DNA from: Candidatus Bathyarchaeota archaeon
GTDB lineage: Archaea; Thermoproteota; Bathyarchaeia; Bathyarchaeales; Bathycorpusculaceae
Length of the DNA: 23,901 bases
Reading direction: 5' to 3'
Assembly: GCA_963768425.1 (NCBI GenBank)
Contig: CAVYHV010000002.1
Location: forward strand, 1-23,901
Shown: in pieces, positions 21,570 through 23,901 of the stretch
Numbering within the stretch: the stretch's first letter is position 1
How the letters are laid out: every line of letters begins with the position of its first letter
Made by a program: the position numbers and the translations under genes
Notes under the pieces: generated by a model
The model's database searches: none
What the model saw: the letters and a program-made list of their open reading frames with translations, nothing else
What the model was told of the DNA's origin: nothing

Positions 21570-21582
21570 TGTAGGGGCTGCC
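21570..21582 (-). repeat. Degenerate direct repeat of the terminal tRNA 3' end (attR-like)
   Basis: TGTAGGGGCTGCC vs TGGTGGGGCTGCC at 23889-23901 (11/13). Confidence 0.5.
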
Positions 21583-21620
21583 AGTTCCCATTCCAAAAGG
21601 GTCCAAACCAAATATGCTAA

Positions 21621-21662
21621 TCCATGCTGAGAGAGATACTAGCACCAATTTACCAGCAAAAA
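21621..21662 (-). repeat. Dispersed repeat copy R4 (inverted relative to R1-R3)
   Basis: Minus strand TTTTTGCTGGTAAATTGGTGCTAGTATCTCTCTCAGCATGGA; 22-nt identity with R3. Confidence 0.85.
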
Positions 21663-21754
21663 AGACACTCATGAATAGGCGGACAGGAGATCAATAACCA
21701 ATAATAGCGCAAAGATTATTAATTTTAAGATCATTAATCATAACTGGTGATTTT

Positions 21755-22150
21755 ATGAGGATTAAGTATACTAGCGTGTACGTTAATGATCAGGGCAAAG
21801 CACTTAAGTTTTACACTGAGATCCTTGGTTTTGTAAAAAAGGCAGATATAACAGCAGGGAAATACAGGTGGTTGACTGTTGCTTCGCCTGAAGACCAGGA
21901 TGGTACCCAGTTGGTTCTTGAGCCAAACGAAAATCCAGCTGCAAAGGCATACCAGGAAGCTCTTTTCAAGCAGGGTATTCGGGCAACATTATTCGTTGTG
22001 GATGATATCCAAAAAGAGTATGAACGATTGAAAAAGCTTGGCGTGAAGTTTACCATGGAGCCAACAAAGCTAACGGGTGCGGGTTCGACCATCGCAGTCT
22101 TGGATGACACCTGTGGCAATCTAATACAGATTACACAATTTCAAAACTAA
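21755..22150 (+). CDS. VOC (glyoxalase/bleomycin resistance) family protein
   Basis: VNDQGKALKFYTEILGF, RWLTV, DDTCGNLIQI; GGTGA RBS. Confidence 0.93.
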   Translation: MRIKYTSVYVNDQGKALKFYTEILGFVKKADITAGKYRWLTVASPEDQDGTQLVLEPNENPAAKAYQEALFKQGIRATLFVVDDIQKEYERLKKLGVKFTMEPTKLTGAGSTIAVLDDTCGNLIQITQFQN

Positions 22151-22180
22151 ACTTCAAAAAGAAATATTTTAAGTGATATA

Positions 22181-22621
22181 ATGACCAAAAGGCAAGTCAC
22201 GCAGAAAAAGAGTGGTTCCCAGAGAGTCGAATCTGCATCTCGACTGATAGACGCGAGAATCCAGGAGCTAGGCGACTGGCGCGGAGAGATGCTTTCCCGC
22301 CTCCGCGCTTTGATCAAGCAAGCCGACCCTGAAGTCGTCGAGGAAGTAAAGTGGATAAAGCCGACCAATCCGCTGGGCATCGCGGTTTGGTCTCACGACG
22401 GGTTGATCTGCACCGGCGAGATCTACAAGAATGCCGTAAAGATGACATTCCCCAGAGGCGCCTCGTTGGATGACCCCTCAGGTCTCTTCAATTCTTGTCT
22501 CGAGGGTAGCGCGAGGCGTGCCATCGACTTCCACGAAGGCGACAAGGTTAACGAGGAGGCTCTGAAAACTCTTATTCGCGCCGCCGTGGCCCTGAACACG
22601 TCCTCGACCTCAGATAGCTGA
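22181..22621 (+). CDS. DUF1801 (YdhG-like) domain protein
   Basis: LGDWRGE.L.RLRALI..ADPEVVEEVKW, GASLDDPSGLFN, RRAIDF. Confidence 0.9.
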   Translation: MTKRQVTQKKSGSQRVESASRLIDARIQELGDWRGEMLSRLRALIKQADPEVVEEVKWIKPTNPLGIAVWSHDGLICTGEIYKNAVKMTFPRGASLDDPSGLFNSCLEGSARRAIDFHEGDKVNEEALKTLIRAAVALNTSSTSDS

Positions 22622-22667
22622 GGGAATTCTACCTCGGCTACTTCACGAACTTATCGAGGCATGCATA

Positions 22668-23429
22668 TTACTTCCCTGATTTTCTGCCGTACAGTTTTAG
22701 GTCCTTCATCGTTTGCGGATAAGTGAAGAATTCAGTGCTGCCTAATGCTTCGACTATCACAGCCGTGTCCACTCCCCACCCTTTGCCGTAACTTTTACCG
22801 CCTGTACCTGCGATGGCTATCAATTTCTCTCCTGGAACAATGTAACCTTGATCCACTGCAGACATGGTTATCTGTATGCAGACTTTCATGCCTTCACATA
22901 TTCTCCTGTAAGCAAGCACGGCTTCCGGAGGGAACGGAACAGCGTCTTCATTAGTGTAAATTACTTTGTGTCCTGCTTTTTCAACTTCTTGCCAGATTTC
23001 TTTAGAAAAGCGGTCACATCCGTTACAGGCATTGCACGTGGCCATCAGCAACATAATATCCGTACCCTTGAATTTTTTTAGTGCCTTTGACGCTGTTTCT
23101 CCTGTTATTGAAGCAATAATTATTGTTTTAATTCCTCTTTCCAATGCTCTCTTTTTTGCCAATTCAAGGGTTTCATCCGAATTTTCTTTGCCGGCTACAT
23201 CAAAATAGGTTATTTCACATTTGGTACCATGCGAATTTTTCTTGGTTTTTTCATCGCTTATTTCTTGCATGTAAATCAAGCCTGTCAAGCCATAAGCGTC
23301 GCCTTTGACTTCACCAGACAATTGATCGTCTTTTGATTTCTTTGATAATTCTTTGAGATATCGGGAATACTCTTGATCGGTTGCCTGCCTTATTATTCTT
23401 CCATTCTGGAAGCGATATATTATAAACAT
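22668..23429 (-). CDS. Pyruvate-kinase C-terminal-like (alpha/beta) domain protein with N-terminal extension; C-terminus apparently frameshifted (restored stop at 22651)
   Basis: ITYF..G.ENSDETL..A..RA, IASITGETA, GMKVCIQI..AVD.G, IAGTG..G.DTA; adding one A in AGAAAAT gives RKIREVICMPR*. Confidence 0.8.
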   Translation of the reverse strand: MFIIYRFQNGRIIRQATDQEYSRYLKELSKKSKDDQLSGEVKGDAYGLTGLIYMQEISDEKTKKNSHGTKCEITYFDVAGKENSDETLELAKKRALERGIKTIIIASITGETASKALKKFKGTDIMLLMATCNACNGCDRFSKEIWQEVEKAGHKVIYTNEDAVPFPPEAVLAYRRICEGMKVCIQITMSAVDQGYIVPGEKLIAIAGTGGKSYGKGWGVDTAVIVEALGSTEFFTYPQTMKDLKLYGRKSGK

Positions 23430-23531
23430 TTTTTCACTTTTTATCCTAATTTACTTAAGCTACTAGCTTTACTTACGAAAGCATATAAATCTAAGCTGAA
23501 GTTAGATAAAGCAAGTAACCCAGGTGAAAGC

Positions 23532-23875
23532 GTGGGTAAAACTGTCCCAACTACAAATTGTCCCTAATGAGCAAGCAATACAGCTAATAGGCAACAGGTG
23601 GAGTTTGCAAAATAGTAAAAGAACTTCATTTGCGCAAACAACCACTAAGATTTAATGAGTTCATGAGAGCCCTCAAACCCATCAGTTCAAAAACGCTTTC
23701 TGCAAAACTAAAAGAATTAACAGCCTGTGGTGTCATAAACAAAGAAGTCATCGCAGAAACGCCCGTTCTAATAAAATATTCGTTAACACCAAAAGGACAA
23801 GAATTAACTCCAATCCTTGACGGCATGGCCCAATGGACCATAAAATGGCGCAACAACAAACAGAAAAGCGTTTGA
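23532..23875 (+). pseudogene. HxlR-family winged-helix regulator with two apparent +1 frameshifts
   Basis: AGGTGA RBS + GTG 23532; removing one C (23562-64) and one A (23609-12) gives MGKTVPTTNCPNEQAIQLIGNRWSLQIVKELHLRKQPLRFNEF..ISSKTLSAKLKEL..YSLTPKG. Confidence 0.8.
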
Positions 23876-23888
23876 CCTAAGAATTTAC

Positions 23889-23901
23889 TGGTGGGGCTGC
23901 C
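23889..23901 (-). tRNA. 3' end of a tRNA (likely tRNA-Pro; Trp possible), truncated by the window edge
   Basis: Minus strand GG-CAGCCCC-A-CCA = end of T-stem, acceptor strand, discriminator, CCA; only 13 nt visible. Confidence 0.55.

Overview
Archaeal DNA, most consistent with Bathyarchaeia (inferred from the gene families: PQQ-type beta-propeller surface protein next to a TrmB regulator, soluble multi-PAS kinases, NitrOD1/DUF3227-like protein, GGTGA/GAGG ribosome-binding sites). The window encodes three soluble PAS histidine kinases (one with an N-terminal receiver), a stand-alone receiver, a GC-rich katG, an iron-sulfur flavoprotein, two large membrane-anchored surface proteins and several small stress/accessory genes. 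It ends in what looks like the 3' end of a minus-strand tRNA (probably Pro). The most unusual signal is a dispersed non-coding repeat, TTTTACTGGTAAATTGGTGCTAGT, fused to tRNA-3'-end-like tails of apparently different tRNAs. These copies bracket single genes (katG; the flavoprotein) and small gene blocks like cassettes, and no integrase is visible in the window. Several genes, mostly near the right end, carry single-base frameshifts in short homopolymers, which are either sequencing errors or recent decay.
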